This document shows positions 46,438 to 55,758 of a stretch of 62,537 nt of DNA, in pieces; position 1 is the first letter of the stretch; each line of letters opens with the position of its first letter. Below the pieces are notes generated by a model. That model saw only the letters and a list, made by a program, of their open reading frames with translations, ran no database searches and was not told the origin of the DNA. Source of the stretch: Pseudomonas phage vB_PaeM_USP_25; sequence record MT491208.1; one strand, given 5' to 3'. A program made the position numbers and the translations under genes.

Positions 46438-46946
46438 GTCTGGGCCTCCGTGTGCGGGTTCGTTATCCGTGCAGATTGCACGGTCGGCATGCCGAGCGTG
46501 ACTGCAAGCTGTCGTTCCAAGAGCGCGCCGCGAGATTCAGTCCAACCTGGCAGCAGAGCCACCGCTTCGCAGGTGATCAGTTGAGCAATCGCCTTGCGCA
46601 TGAACGCCTGCCAGGTGCCGCAGGGAGGTGCATCGTTCTCGGCGGGGTTCTCGACGTGGTAGCCGAGCGCCCGAAGGCGCCCCGCTTCGGCATGAAACGC
46701 CGGGTAGTTGAATTCGGGCAAGCCTGACATGGGGCCGCTCAGGTAGAGGCGCCGGATCAGCGGCAGGGCCGCGTCACCGGGAGACAGCTTCGGGTTCTCG
46801 GCGTGCCATAGGCAGCCGTCCGTCTCGACAATCCATACCTCGCGAGCTTTCCCATCCTCCAGGCGCCAGTACGCCGCGCGACGGCCTTCGGTTTCATGGC
46901 TGTAGTGCGTGGCGCGCTCGGGCACTTTGCGCAGGTCGATGTTCAT
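46413..46946 (-). CDS. DUF4406 (nucleoside 2-deoxyribosyltransferase-like) domain protein
   Basis: [37 protein letters not shown]...[29 protein letters not shown] matches the DUF4406 pattern. Confidence 0.5.
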   Translation of the reverse strand: MNIDLRKVPERATHYSHETEGRRAAYWRLEDGKAREVWIVETDGCLWHAENPKLSPGDAALPLIRRLYLSGPMSGLPEFNYPAFHAEAGRLRALGYHVENPAENDAPPCGTWQAFMRKAIAQLITCEAVALLPGWTESRGALLERQLAVTLGMPTVQSARITNPHTEAQTWHAELIK

Positions 46947-47749
46947 TCCGCTACTGCCTCAGTCACCAGGTCAATCTGCACGGCATCACACTCTTCTTTG
47001 CCGTGTGGCAGCAGGGCGCCGCCCAGCTCGTCGCGCAGCACCTCGGCATCGTCCGGGAACTCCGGCATGCGAATGCCCTTCATTAAGAAGTAGACGCGGG
47101 CACATGCCTGGGCATCGGGGAAGGCGCGGTGCTGTTCGACCAGCTCCTTGCCGCCTGTCAGGTGCCGGAAGGCTTCGGCCAGGCTCGGGGTTTTGAAGCT
47201 GTTCTTGAAGTTGGTCTTCTTCATCGCCTCGGTAGGCGGGAGCTGGCAGATCGGCTTGGACAGCAGGGCTGTGCATTCACCCGGCAGAGCCTTGAAGGCG
47301 TCGGCGGCTTCCTCGTCGGCATAGCGCATAAGCGCGATGCGAACGATCCGGTCGTCAAAGCTGCGGTTGTGTGCCACTCGCAGCGCGCATCCGTCGTACA
47401 GCGCCATGAAGGCGGCCAGGACAAGAGGCTCCGGCGTGCCTTTCTCCTGGGCAATCTCGTTGGCAATGCCGTGGACCGCGATCACGTCGTCGGGAATCGT
47501 CCAGCCCTCGGGCTTCACGATCAGGTTCACGGCGCCCACCAGCTCGCCATTGACCGAATAACGCAGACCGCACAGCTCGACCAGGTGCGGCTGGCTGGGG
47601 TCTTCGCTGGGCAGCTTGAAGTGCGGAATGCCAGTGGACTCCGCGTCGAAGAACAGGATGTCGGTGTTGCTGCGTTCAACCAAAACAGGGTGCATGTGTG
47701 TCCCTCCCTCGGGATCAGAATGCGTAGAGCGCGAGCAGCACCAGCGCAA
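46943..47749 (-). CDS. DnaQ-like 3'-5' exonuclease
   Basis: Exo motifs: ILFFDAESTG (DxE), HNRSFDDRIV and ...AFPDAQA... (H..D). Confidence 0.7.
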   Translation of the reverse strand: MRWCCSRSTHSDPEGGTHMHPVLVERSNTDILFFDAESTGIPHFKLPSEDPSQPHLVELCGLRYSVNGELVGAVNLIVKPEGWTIPDDVIAVHGIANEIAQEKGTPEPLVLAAFMALYDGCALRVAHNRSFDDRIVRIALMRYADEEAADAFKALPGECTALLSKPICQLPPTEAMKKTNFKNSFKTPSLAEAFRHLTGGKELVEQHRAFPDAQACARVYFLMKGIRMPEFPDDAEVLRDELGGALLPHGKEECDAVQIDLVTEAVAE

Positions 47750-47785
47750 TGGCTGGTACTGCGGCGCCTATGAGAATGGCGAGCT

Positions 47786-49471
47786 TCACGCCTTCGACCA
47801 GATGACGCCGGGGAAGGTGTGCCCCTGCGTCTCGCAGAGCTGCGCCAGGTAGTCGGTATCGACGATCAGCACGTCATCAGGAACATCGCCAGCCAATACC
47901 GCCTTGAGCAGTGCCAGCTTGTTGGCGACGGCGATGCGCGACGCGGCGGGAGTCGATGGCTCCGGCACGAGCGGGGCGACGGCTGGCGAAGGAGCGGAAG
48001 CAGGAGCAGCAGGCTTCTCGACTGGCGCAGCCTGGGGTTCGACTGCCGGCGCTACGGTCGCCTGAGCCTCTACCTCGGCCTGTCGCCGCTGTTCGGCTTC
48101 GCGCTCCAGGCGCTCGGCTTCCTCCTTGCGGATGCGCTCACGCTCGGCGCTCAGGCGTTCTTCCTCGGCCTGCTTGTGGTCGGAGATCCGCTGGCGAGCG
48201 GTCAGCTCGACAGTTTCTTTGTCCTTCAACACCAGCTCTTGCCGGTCGCGGAACAGGAAGCCGTATTCACCTACCAGCTCGCGCAGCACTTCGAGGTTCG
48301 CGCGGATCTTGTCGGCGATGCCGTTGGATTCGATCTTGAGGCGGGCCAGCTCGGTATCCACCGCATCACGCAGGCTGGAGAGCGTGCGCTTGTTCTTCAT
48401 CGCCCCGACAAAGTTGACGGCGATACTGGGCAGCACCACGCCTCCGGTGAAGGTGGCATTGATCTTCGCGACGTGATCAGCGAACGCAGCTTCACCCTGC
48501 TGGCGGATCTCCAGCTTGATCTTCTCCTTCTGGCTGGCAAGCAGCTTCTCGGAGGCAATGCGGTTCTTGCGCACCAGATCGGCCAGCAGATCCTTTGTCC
48601 GCTTGAGGTCATCGACTTCCTGCACCTGGGCAAGCATTTGCGCCTCGGCCGCGTCCAGCGCTTCCTCGGCCTTCTTCATCGCCTTGATCTGCACATCCAG
48701 ATCGGCGAAATCCTGGTCGGTCTGCGGGTCGGTGATCAGCTTCTCGTCCAGGAAGTAGCGCAGCGCCTTCTCAAAGCTGGAGAAGTTGTTCTGTACCGCC
48801 ACCTCGCCGGACACCTTGACGAACACGACCGGCAGCGCTTCGACCGACTCGGCTACGACCTGCGGCGCTTCTTCAACGTGCTGGTAGTTGGCGCGGTCTT
48901 CGTTGAACTGATCCCAGCCGGCCAGCAGGCTATGCGCGTCATCCTCGGAGAGCGTCATCCAGCAGTGGGCGGTGCGTTCCTCAGTGCCGTCCGTGACCAT
49001 GTACAGGCAGCGCTCGGCCTCGGACACGACAAGCTGCTGGACTACCTGCCAGTAGTCTTCCTCCGGGACGCGCCCCTCGCGCACCTCGGCGGCCTTCGCC
49101 TCGTTCCACGACTTGCACTCCCATGTGGTTTCGCCGAACTCGGTGATGCCGTCGTAGGAGGCGAGCAGCGCATGCAGCTTCTTGTCGGTGCCGATATGCG
49201 CGGTCCCTGTCACCGGGAACAGCTCGCCGCCGATGATGTCCTCGGCAATGGGGCGCGCCTTTGCTTCGATCGCGTGGCCGTTGTCGAGCAGGTTCTTCTG
49301 CACCCAGTCGCTGAATTCCTTCTCGCTGCCGGTGGCCTTCATGCGCAGCAGCTCGCTGCGCGTGGTCTTCTTGCTCGCGCCCATCATTGCAGGGGCTTCG
49401 CTGGCGGTATCGTGCTGAGCGCGCAGCGCGCGCCACTCCGGCGAGCCTTGGATCAGGTTGTGGATTTTCAT
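47786..49471 (-). CDS. YqaJ-like (lambda Exo-type) recombination exonuclease with coiled-coil C-terminal extension
   Basis: N-terminal YqaJ/PD-(D/E)XK pattern (GSPEWRALRAQHDTASE...); Glu/Arg-rich coiled coil; located upstream of ERF. Confidence 0.6.
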   Translation of the reverse strand: MKIHNLIQGSPEWRALRAQHDTASEAPAMMGASKKTTRSELLRMKATGSEKEFSDWVQKNLLDNGHAIEAKARPIAEDIIGGELFPVTGTAHIGTDKKLHALLASYDGITEFGETTWECKSWNEAKAAEVREGRVPEEDYWQVVQQLVVSEAERCLYMVTDGTEERTAHCWMTLSEDDAHSLLAGWDQFNEDRANYQHVEEAPQVVAESVEALPVVFVKVSGEVAVQNNFSSFEKALRYFLDEKLITDPQTDQDFADLDVQIKAMKKAEEALDAAEAQMLAQVQEVDDLKRTKDLLADLVRKNRIASEKLLASQKEKIKLEIRQQGEAAFADHVAKINATFTGGVVLPSIAVNFVGAMKNKRTLSSLRDAVDTELARLKIESNGIADKIRANLEVLRELVGEYGFLFRDRQELVLKDKETVELTARQRISDHKQAEEERLSAERERIRKEEAERLEREAEQRRQAEVEAQATVAPAVEPQAAPVEKPAAPASAPSPAVAPLVPEPSTPAASRIAVANKLALLKAVLAGDVPDDVLIVDTDYLAQLCETQGHTFPGVIWSKA

Positions 49472-50157
49472 TGTTGTGGACCCTCCAGGGCGAGCAGGAC
49501 CTTGCGTTGCTCGTCGGTGAGCCGCGCCTTGCTTTCGATCATGCTGATGATGTTTTCCGGTGTGGTTTTCCCCTCGGCGACGCCCTTGCGGCGGGCCTCC
49601 AGGTTCTTGTCGAACAACTCCTGTGGGTAGATCGGCAGTTTGTTGTTTTCTGCCTCCTGGCCCTGGCCGCTGATTGCAGTCCTTTGGCCGCCTGTCCCTT
49701 GATCGCCGCCGTTCGCCCCCTGCGGTGGCTTAATGTCGTCCTCGTCGTCATCGGCCGCCAAGCACAGCAGTGCCGAGTAGGCATAGCGGCGCAGGTAGGT
49801 GATGAGCTTTCCGTAGTCCTGAACGCGGTCGTAGTTCGCCCTGGCGATCACCATCGTTGATCCGATGCTGGCGCCGGACTGGTGAATCAGCCGAGTCTCG
49901 ATGCTGCTGGCGCCGTCGGCGCCGGAGTTGATGAGCTGGACGACAGCCAGGCCGTTGGCAACCAAGTGAGGTCGAGTGGCCGTTATGAGTTGATCAAAGT
50001 CGGCGTACTTGAACTTTTGATTGCCTGTTTGTCCGTCGCGGTCCTTCTTGATTGGGGTGAATTCCCCCTGCGCCTTCGATAGCGCCGTATAAAGCTGCGC
50101 TATGGCGTCTGATTGGTCTTGCATGCTTCCTCCGGGCGAGCCTTGCGGCTCCTTCAT
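49468..50157 (-). CDS. erf: ERF-family single-strand annealing protein
   Basis: N-terminus LYTALSKAQGEFTPIKKDRDG...KFKYADFDQLITATRPHLVANGL typical of ERF. Confidence 0.65.
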   Translation of the reverse strand: MKEPQGSPGGSMQDQSDAIAQLYTALSKAQGEFTPIKKDRDGQTGNQKFKYADFDQLITATRPHLVANGLAVVQLINSGADGASSIETRLIHQSGASIGSTMVIARANYDRVQDYGKLITYLRRYAYSALLCLAADDDEDDIKPPQGANGGDQGTGGQRTAISGQGQEAENNKLPIYPQELFDKNLEARRKGVAEGKTTPENIISMIESKARLTDEQRKVLLALEGPQQ

Positions 50158-50181
50158 GGCATTTATTGGTCGCGCTCAGGC

Positions 50182-50238
50182 AATCCGCATTTGGAGTACC
50201 ATCGCCAGCGACGGATCGGAGTATTCCGCATACGGAGC
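50182..50238 (+). promoter_or_regulatory. left operator/promoter region (OL-like) with TCCG..CGGA half-site repeats
   Basis: AATCCGCATTTGGAGTA and palindromic TCGGAGTATTCCGCATACGGAGC between the leftward recombination operon and the rightward gene 50294. Confidence 0.45.
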
Positions 50239-50293
50239 GGCAAGTCAATCCGAAAACAGAACGAACCCGAAGGAATGTTGAGCAAAAAGGTGT

Positions 50294-50740
50294 GTGATGC
50301 GGTCGAGGATGGAGTTTGGGGTGTTCGATACGGTGGTCAGCGACGACGGGCTGGTCGAAGTGGTCGCGCGTGACCTGGTGACACCCGAGGCGTTCATGGC
50401 AGCGGCGGCGCTGCACTGGGTAGCGAGGGGCGGGCAAAAAGCCGCAGATGCCTTCGTTGCTATCAGGATCGACCTGACGGCCGCTTATCCAGCCGATAGC
50501 AGCCGGTCGCTCAGGGAGGGCTGGCCCGGCAAGTTTTCCCCACCACGGTTCATCCGCGAACTGCCGACGGCCATCGTGGCGCCGGAGCGGGTGTTACATC
50601 ACATCCAGGAGTACGCGCGGGAATGCGCGGAGCAGGGTGCGGTGGTGGGGGCGTTTACGAGTTCGCGCGATGCCGCCGAGTGGGCGATGGAGCGGGGGCG
50701 TGCTCTTGCTGCGCAGCGGGTCCGCCTCCGAATGAAATGA
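50294..50740 (+). CDS. hypothetical protein between OL and repressor gene (candidate lysogeny-expressed moron)
   Basis: 148-aa ORF with coding-like composition; convergent with and overlapping the 3' end of the repressor gene. Confidence 0.4.
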   Translation: MMRSRMEFGVFDTVVSDDGLVEVVARDLVTPEAFMAAAALHWVARGGQKAADAFVAIRIDLTAAYPADSSRSLREGWPGKFSPPRFIRELPTAIVAPERVLHHIQEYARECAEQGAVVGAFTSSRDAAEWAMERGRALAAQRVRLRMK

Positions 50741-51077
50741 CCTGCGAGGCCACGGCGTAGGCGCGTCGCTGGAGCTGCGGATCTTCAATCCGATCCAGCT
50801 GGCGCGCCAGATCCAGCGCAAGCGGGCTGGGTGCGCTCTTGGAAGGCTCCAGTACCTCGGGCGGACACAAGAGCTGCCACGCCTGAACGCCAAGGGCGCT
50901 CGCCACCTTCTCCAGAACGTCTACGCCGATGCTGGTGTCGGCGGACTTCATTCGCGCGACGGTGGCAACGCCGACCTTCGCCTCCCGCGCCAGCCTGTTC
51001 TGATTCTCAGCCCCCCACTGAGCCAGCATGAGAGCCTGGATTCGTGGCCAGAGCGTGCTGCGTGTGTTTTCGGTCAT
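50655..51077 (-). CDS. cI-like repressor (XRE-family HTH)
   Basis: HTH ...NQNRLAREAKVGVATVARMKSADTSIGVDVLEKVASALGV; divergent from the Cro-like gene across an operator-rich spacer. Confidence 0.7.
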   Translation of the reverse strand: MTENTRSTLWPRIQALMLAQWGAENQNRLAREAKVGVATVARMKSADTSIGVDVLEKVASALGVQAWQLLCPPEVLEPSKSAPSPLALDLARQLDRIEDPQLQRRAYAVASQVISFGGGPAAQQEHAPAPSPTRRHRANS

Positions 51078-51122
51078 GGGTGAACGAGATTGTCGTGGTC
51101 AGGAAATCGTACCACGGACGAC

Positions 51123-51178
51123 CCGGATACGGAATAGCGTTACGAATACGGATTGACCAGCCATTTCGGATATGGAAT
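51123..51178 (+). promoter_or_regulatory. right operator region (OR-like), three CGGAtAyGGAat repeats
   Basis: CCGGATACGGAAT (51123), ACGAATACGGATT (51142), TTCGGATATGGAAT (51165) in the repressor/Cro intergenic region. Confidence 0.55.
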
Positions 51179-51220
51179 GATGCGCCAAACAAACGCACTC
51201 CATAGAGAGAGAAATGAAGA

Positions 51221-51457
51221 ATGGCAATCACGATCCCTCCGCTGGCGCTGATACGCACCCGCCTGGAGGCCATGAAGCAAGCACAAATCAAAAGCCTGGC
51301 AAAGGACTCCGGCGTCCCCTTCGGGACACTGATGAAGATTCGCCACGGCATCACCAAGAACCCCGGCATCGAGACGGTGCGCGCCTTCTTTCCGCTGCTG
51401 CCGGACCTGCCGGGGCGCGGCGATTCTCCTAAGAGGCGCCACGATGATTCCGTTTAA
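51221..51457 (+). CDS. Cro-like regulator
   Basis: 78-aa protein divergent from the repressor; ...DSGVPFGTLMKIRHGITKNP HTH-like. Confidence 0.6.
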   Translation: MAITIPPLALIRTRLEAMKQAQIKSLAKDSGVPFGTLMKIRHGITKNPGIETVRAFFPLLPDLPGRGDSPKRRHDDSV

Positions 51458-52052
51458 GCCAAAGAAGAAAAAGTGTCGCAACACCGAATGCCGGCGAGAG
51501 TTCACGACGCAGCGCCCCATGCAGGTGGCGTGCGGCATTCCGTGCGCAATGGCGCTGACCCGCAAGGCGAACGAGCGCAAGCGTGCCGAGCAGGCCAAGA
51601 AGGAGCGTGCCGACATCCGCGCTGCCAGGGCGAAGATCAAGCGGCGTGGCGACTACGTGAAGGACGCGCAGGAAGCCTTCAACGCCTTCATCCGTGAGCG
51701 CGATCACAACGAGCCGTGCATTTCCTGCGGTCGCTACCACACCGGCCAATACCACGCTGGGCATTACCGGACGGTCGGCAGTCACCCGGAACTGCGGTTT
51801 GACGAGCGGAACTGCCACAAGCAGTGCGCGCCCTGCAACAACCACAAGAGCGGAAACATCGTCGAGTACCGGATCAACCTGGTACGCAAGCTGGGCGCTG
51901 ATTCCGTCGAGTGGCTTGAGGGTCCGCACGAGGCCAAGCACTACGCAATCGAGGAACTGCTGGCGATCACCAAGCTGTACCGCGCCAAGCGCCGCGAGCT
52001 GGTCAAGGTAAGGGAAGGGGGCCGCGCCAATGGTAGCCAGGAAGCGCCGTAG
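51444..52052 (+). CDS. ninG: NinG/Rap-family protein
   Basis: Cys-rich ...CISCGRYHTGQYHAGHYRTVGSHPELRFDERNCHKQCAPCNNHKSGN matches lambda NinG-family proteins. Confidence 0.7.
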   Translation: MIPFKPKKKKCRNTECRREFTTQRPMQVACGIPCAMALTRKANERKRAEQAKKERADIRAARAKIKRRGDYVKDAQEAFNAFIRERDHNEPCISCGRYHTGQYHAGHYRTVGSHPELRFDERNCHKQCAPCNNHKSGNIVEYRINLVRKLGADSVEWLEGPHEAKHYAIEELLAITKLYRAKRRELVKVREGGRANGSQEAP

Positions 52053-52641
52053 ACAACGCAAGTTCACTGATCGGCCGGTTTACTTCGTGGTCCGCCAGAT
52101 GATCGACCCGGCAACCGGAGAAATGTGCGGCTGCCTGGTGCCGAACAGCGCCATTGACCAGCGCGTGCTGCGCGAGCGCAAGTACCGCACCAATGACGTG
52201 CTGCGCGCCACGCTCCACCACCCGCGCAACAGCAAGTTTCACCGGCTGGTTCACCAGCTCGGGACGATGGTTCGGCAGAACATCGACGGCTTTCACAACA
52301 TGGACAGCCATTCAGTCATCAAGCAGCTACAGCGCGAGTCCGGCGTCTGCTGCGACATGGTGACGATCAACGCAACGCCAGTCGTTACCGCGATCCTGGC
52401 CGCTGCCGAAAGCCTATTGGGCGAAGTGCCGGCACGCATGCTGCGCGCGGTGCTGCCCGAGATCCAGGTAATCGACGTGCTGACGCCCAAGTCGATTTCC
52501 TACGACTGCATGGACGAATCCGACTTCCGAATTTTGTGGGACGGGATTTGTGGACACCTGATCGCGCGCTACTGGCCACAACTGACCGTAGAGCAGATCA
52601 CTGAAATGGCGGAACTTATGCCGCAAAGCGAGGGGGCTTGA
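52030..52641 (+). CDS. hypothetical protein (203 aa)
   Basis: coding-like ORF; basic N-terminus; alternative ATG at 52099. Confidence 0.4.
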   Translation: MVARKRRRQRKFTDRPVYFVVRQMIDPATGEMCGCLVPNSAIDQRVLRERKYRTNDVLRATLHHPRNSKFHRLVHQLGTMVRQNIDGFHNMDSHSVIKQLQRESGVCCDMVTINATPVVTAILAAAESLLGEVPARMLRAVLPEIQVIDVLTPKSISYDCMDESDFRILWDGICGHLIARYWPQLTVEQITEMAELMPQSEGA

Positions 52642-52644
52642 CCA

Positions 52645-53133
52645 ATGAAAAGATCCAACACGGACATCGTTCTGGAGGCCATCCAGGACCTGCATGCACA
52701 GGAGCAGATCGTTACGCGCGAGACGCTGGCTGATACGACGGGGCTAAAGCTGACGGTTATCGACGACCGCGTGTCGCACCTGATCGACTGCGGCCAGGTT
52801 CACCGCGTACAGCGGGGCGTCTTCGTGCCGGCGCCCGAGCACAAGCCGGCGCGCATCATCACCAAGACGATCCTTCCGGGCGGCACCGTGAGCATCGAGA
52901 TCGGAGACGACCATGTGCTAACCCTGACGCCGCGCGAGAACCGCATGCTGGCCGAGCTGATGGCCGGCGCCGCGCAGCAGTACGCGAGCATCGAGAGCGG
53001 GCACCAGGCCGCCCACATGGCCGGCGAGCTGAACTTGCAGCTCAAGCAGCTACGACAGGAACTCAAGGCGGTATGCGTCAAGCTGGCTTCGCAGGAGGTC
53101 GCTGGCGACCTGGAGGCGGCCAGCAATGCCTAA
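52645..53133 (+). CDS. hypothetical protein, possible winged-helix regulator
   Basis: 162-aa ORF; N-terminal region EAIQDLHAQEQIVTRETLADTTGL is wHTH-like. Confidence 0.4.
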   Translation: MKRSNTDIVLEAIQDLHAQEQIVTRETLADTTGLKLTVIDDRVSHLIDCGQVHRVQRGVFVPAPEHKPARIITKTILPGGTVSIEIGDDHVLTLTPRENRMLAELMAGAAQQYASIESGHQAAHMAGELNLQLKQLRQELKAVCVKLASQEVAGDLEAASNA

Positions 53134-53205
53134 TCCCGCAGAACGTCGCTCAGCGCCCGCCGTGGGCGCTGTGAAGCCGTGCGACATGCTGCGTGGTAAC
53201 GCCGT

Positions 53206-54225
53206 ATGAGCTGGCTTAATACCAAGCACCCCATCGTCATTAATCCCGACTTGGCGACTCACGTTGGGCTGAATGAAGCGATCATTCTCCAGCAACTCAA
53301 CTACTGGATCGAGGCCACCGATTCAGGCGTTGAACATGACGGGCGGCGATGGGTCTACAACACTCAGGAGCAGTGGCGCGCGCAGTTCCCGTTCTGGTCG
53401 GTGGATACCGTCAAGCGGGCCTTCGCATCACTCAAGAAACAGCGGTTGATCTTGGTCAAGCAGCTCGCCAAGAAGAAGCACGACCGGACGAACTACTACG
53501 CCATTGATCACGCGCGCCTGGAGGAAATGGAGGCGCAAACCCGCATGGTTGCCGATGAGGGCAATTTGCACCAATCGAACAAGGCAAAAAGCGCCACTCG
53601 AAAGGGGCTTAATGCCACGGACGAGCAGGGCATTAAGCCCCACTCCAACGAGGCAGATCGCCCCGTTCTTCATACAGAGACTACTACAGAGACTACGGCA
53701 GAGCCTCCCGCCCCAGCCGCTGACGCGGCAGCGGTCGGAGAAGTGTTGGAGGGTGAGCTGTTGGGTGACGAGCGCAGCGCACCGCGCGAGCCGATGGTTA
53801 TCCAGGCCGGTGACAAGCGCTACGAGATCCCTGGCCACCTGAAGTACCCAGGGCCAGGCACCAAGTCGCACAAGACCTGGATCAACTACGCGATCTGCTA
53901 CCAACTGAAGTACGGCACCTGGCCGCTGTGGAATGCCACCGTCGCCGGGATGATCACCCAGTTCATCGGTCGCGTCGGCGCCGATGTTGCACCGAAGGTG
54001 GCGGCGTTCTACGTCGGCCTGAACGATGCCTACGTGCTCAGGCAGGGGCATGGCGTCAAGTGCCTACTGGCCGGTGCCGAGAAGTACCACACCCAGTACA
54101 TGACCGGCCGCACGATGACCGACACCCGAGCGCGCCAGATCGACCAATCCCAATCCAACTACGACGCCGCCAGCGAAGCCATGGCGCTGCTGGAGCAACG
54201 GAGGGCTGAACATGCACCAGCGTGA
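53206..54225 (+). CDS. putative replication initiation / replisome-organiser protein
   Basis: N-terminal ...AIILQQLNYWIEAT...RWVYNTQEQWRAQFPFWSVDTVKRAFASLKKQRLILVK resembles phage replication-initiator N-terminal domains. Confidence 0.45.
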   Translation: MSWLNTKHPIVINPDLATHVGLNEAIILQQLNYWIEATDSGVEHDGRRWVYNTQEQWRAQFPFWSVDTVKRAFASLKKQRLILVKQLAKKKHDRTNYYAIDHARLEEMEAQTRMVADEGNLHQSNKAKSATRKGLNATDEQGIKPHSNEADRPVLHTETTTETTAEPPAPAADAAAVGEVLEGELLGDERSAPREPMVIQAGDKRYEIPGHLKYPGPGTKSHKTWINYAICYQLKYGTWPLWNATVAGMITQFIGRVGADVAPKVAAFYVGLNDAYVLRQGHGVKCLLAGAEKYHTQYMTGRTMTDTRARQIDQSQSNYDAASEAMALLEQRRAEHAPA

Positions 54226-55000
54226 AGACGACGCACGGCTGCTGCGAGAACTGATCGGTACGGCCGAATCCATGGGCCAGGCCATGTCGCCGAATGCGGC
54301 TGCGCTGATTGTGTCGGATCTCGAAGGCATACCGTTCCCTGTAGTGCAGAAGGCGCTGCGGTCTATTCGTGCGACCTACAAGGGGCGGCTGACGTTCCAG
54401 GTAATCCGTGAGCGCATTGTGGAAGCCGACGGACGGCCAGAGGCAAACGAGGCATGGGCGCTGGCCCTGGCTGCGCAGGACGAGCGCGAAAGCGTGGTAT
54501 GGACCGCCGAGGTCATGTGGGCGTTCGACGCGGCGCGGCCGATCTTGCGCGCTGGCGACAAGGTGGGCGCGCGCATGGCGTTTATTTCCGCCTATGAGCG
54601 CCTGGTGGCCGCCGCCCGAGAGGAAGGCGCCCCGACCCGCTGGGAGCTGTCGCTGGGCTGGGACGCCGACCGCCGCGCGCAAGCCTTGGAGCAGGCCGTG
54701 AAGCTCCAGCGCCTGCCGATGGATCGAGCGCTGGCGCTGGGCTACGACCCCGCACCCCAGGCGATCACCGCAGACGGTCGCGCCATTGCCGGCCTGCTGA
54801 GCCACGACGCGCCGCCCCAGGGCGAGGTATCGCCAGAGCTGTCGAAGCGGCTGCGCGCGCTGCGCCAGGAGATCGAGGACAGCGCGCGCGAGCGGGAGCG
54901 CGAACGTCAGGAGCAGGCCGAGCGGGAGCGTCGAGAGTTTCAGGCGAAGAAGGAACGGGCCGCCGCCATGGCGCGAGAGCGGCAGGCCGCAGAGAAGTAA
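54212..55000 (+). CDS. hypothetical replication-associated protein
   Basis: 262-aa ORF overlapping the start of the downstream replication gene; Glu/Arg-rich C-terminus; no ATPase motifs. Confidence 0.35.
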   Translation: MHQREDDARLLRELIGTAESMGQAMSPNAAALIVSDLEGIPFPVVQKALRSIRATYKGRLTFQVIRERIVEADGRPEANEAWALALAAQDERESVVWTAEVMWAFDAARPILRAGDKVGARMAFISAYERLVAAAREEGAPTRWELSLGWDADRRAQALEQAVKLQRLPMDRALALGYDPAPQAITADGRAIAGLLSHDAPPQGEVSPELSKRLRALRQEIEDSARERERERQEQAERERREFQAKKERAAAMARERQAAEK

Positions 55001-55026
55001 TCGGACAACTGGTCGAATTCTGGCCT

Positions 55027-55056
55027 TGTAATAAGGTCGGATGCCGGCCTAAGCTG
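55027..55056 (+). promoter_or_regulatory. sigma70-like promoter TTGTAA-N18-TAAGCT with palindromic GGTCGGATGCCGGCC spacer (family copy a)
   Basis: 37 nt upstream of the Rha/KilAC gene; the spacer palindrome is shared with copies at 56500 and 61752. Confidence 0.5.
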
Positions 55057-55092
55057 CGCACAGAAGAAGAACCACCAGCAGAGGGTAAGTAT

Positions 55093-55758
55093 GTGAGCCA
55101 GTTACAGAATATCGGCGTCACCATGTCCAGCGTCGAGATTGCCGAGTTGGTCGGCTCCCGGCATGACAAGGTGAAGCAGAGCATCGAGCGCTTGGCGAAA
55201 CGCGGCGCTATTGGACTCCCCCCAATGGGGGAAGTTCGGAATCACTTGGGGCAGCTGGTCGCCGAGTACCGGATCGGCAAGCGTGACAGCTACGTGATCG
55301 TGGCGCAGTTGTCGCCGGAGTTCACCGCGCGTCTGGTGGACCGATGGCAGGAGCTGGAGGCCGGATTGGTGCCGCAATCCTTTGCGCAGGCGCTGCGACT
55401 GGCCGCTGACCAGCAGGAGCGCATCGAGCAGCAGGCGCAGGCGCTGGCGCTGGCCCAGCCCAAGGTCGAGTTCGTCGATCGCTACGTCGAAGGGAGCGGC
55501 TTGAAGGGGTTCCGCCAGGTGGCCAAGCTGCTGCGCGCCAACGAAAGCCGCTTTCGCGAGTTCCTGCGCGACCGGGGCATCATGTACCGCTTAGGCGGTG
55601 AGTGGATGCCCTACCAGCAGCACATCGACGCCGGCCGCTTTGAGGTTAAGACCGGCGCGGGCGAGAACGACCATGTGTTCAACCAGGCAAAGTTCACCCC
55701 AAAGGGTGTGGCCTGGATTTCCGATCTGTGGCAGGAGCGCGAGGTGGCGCATGGCTAA
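55093..55758 (+). CDS. Rha-family N-terminal / KilAC C-terminal antirepressor
   Basis: N-terminus ...SSVEIAELVGSRHDKVKQSIERL (Rha-like); C-terminal KilA-C-like domain. Confidence 0.6.
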   Translation: MSQLQNIGVTMSSVEIAELVGSRHDKVKQSIERLAKRGAIGLPPMGEVRNHLGQLVAEYRIGKRDSYVIVAQLSPEFTARLVDRWQELEAGLVPQSFAQALRLAADQQERIEQQAQALALAQPKVEFVDRYVEGSGLKGFRQVAKLLRANESRFREFLRDRGIMYRLGGEWMPYQQHIDAGRFEVKTGAGENDHVFNQAKFTPKGVAWISDLWQEREVAHG

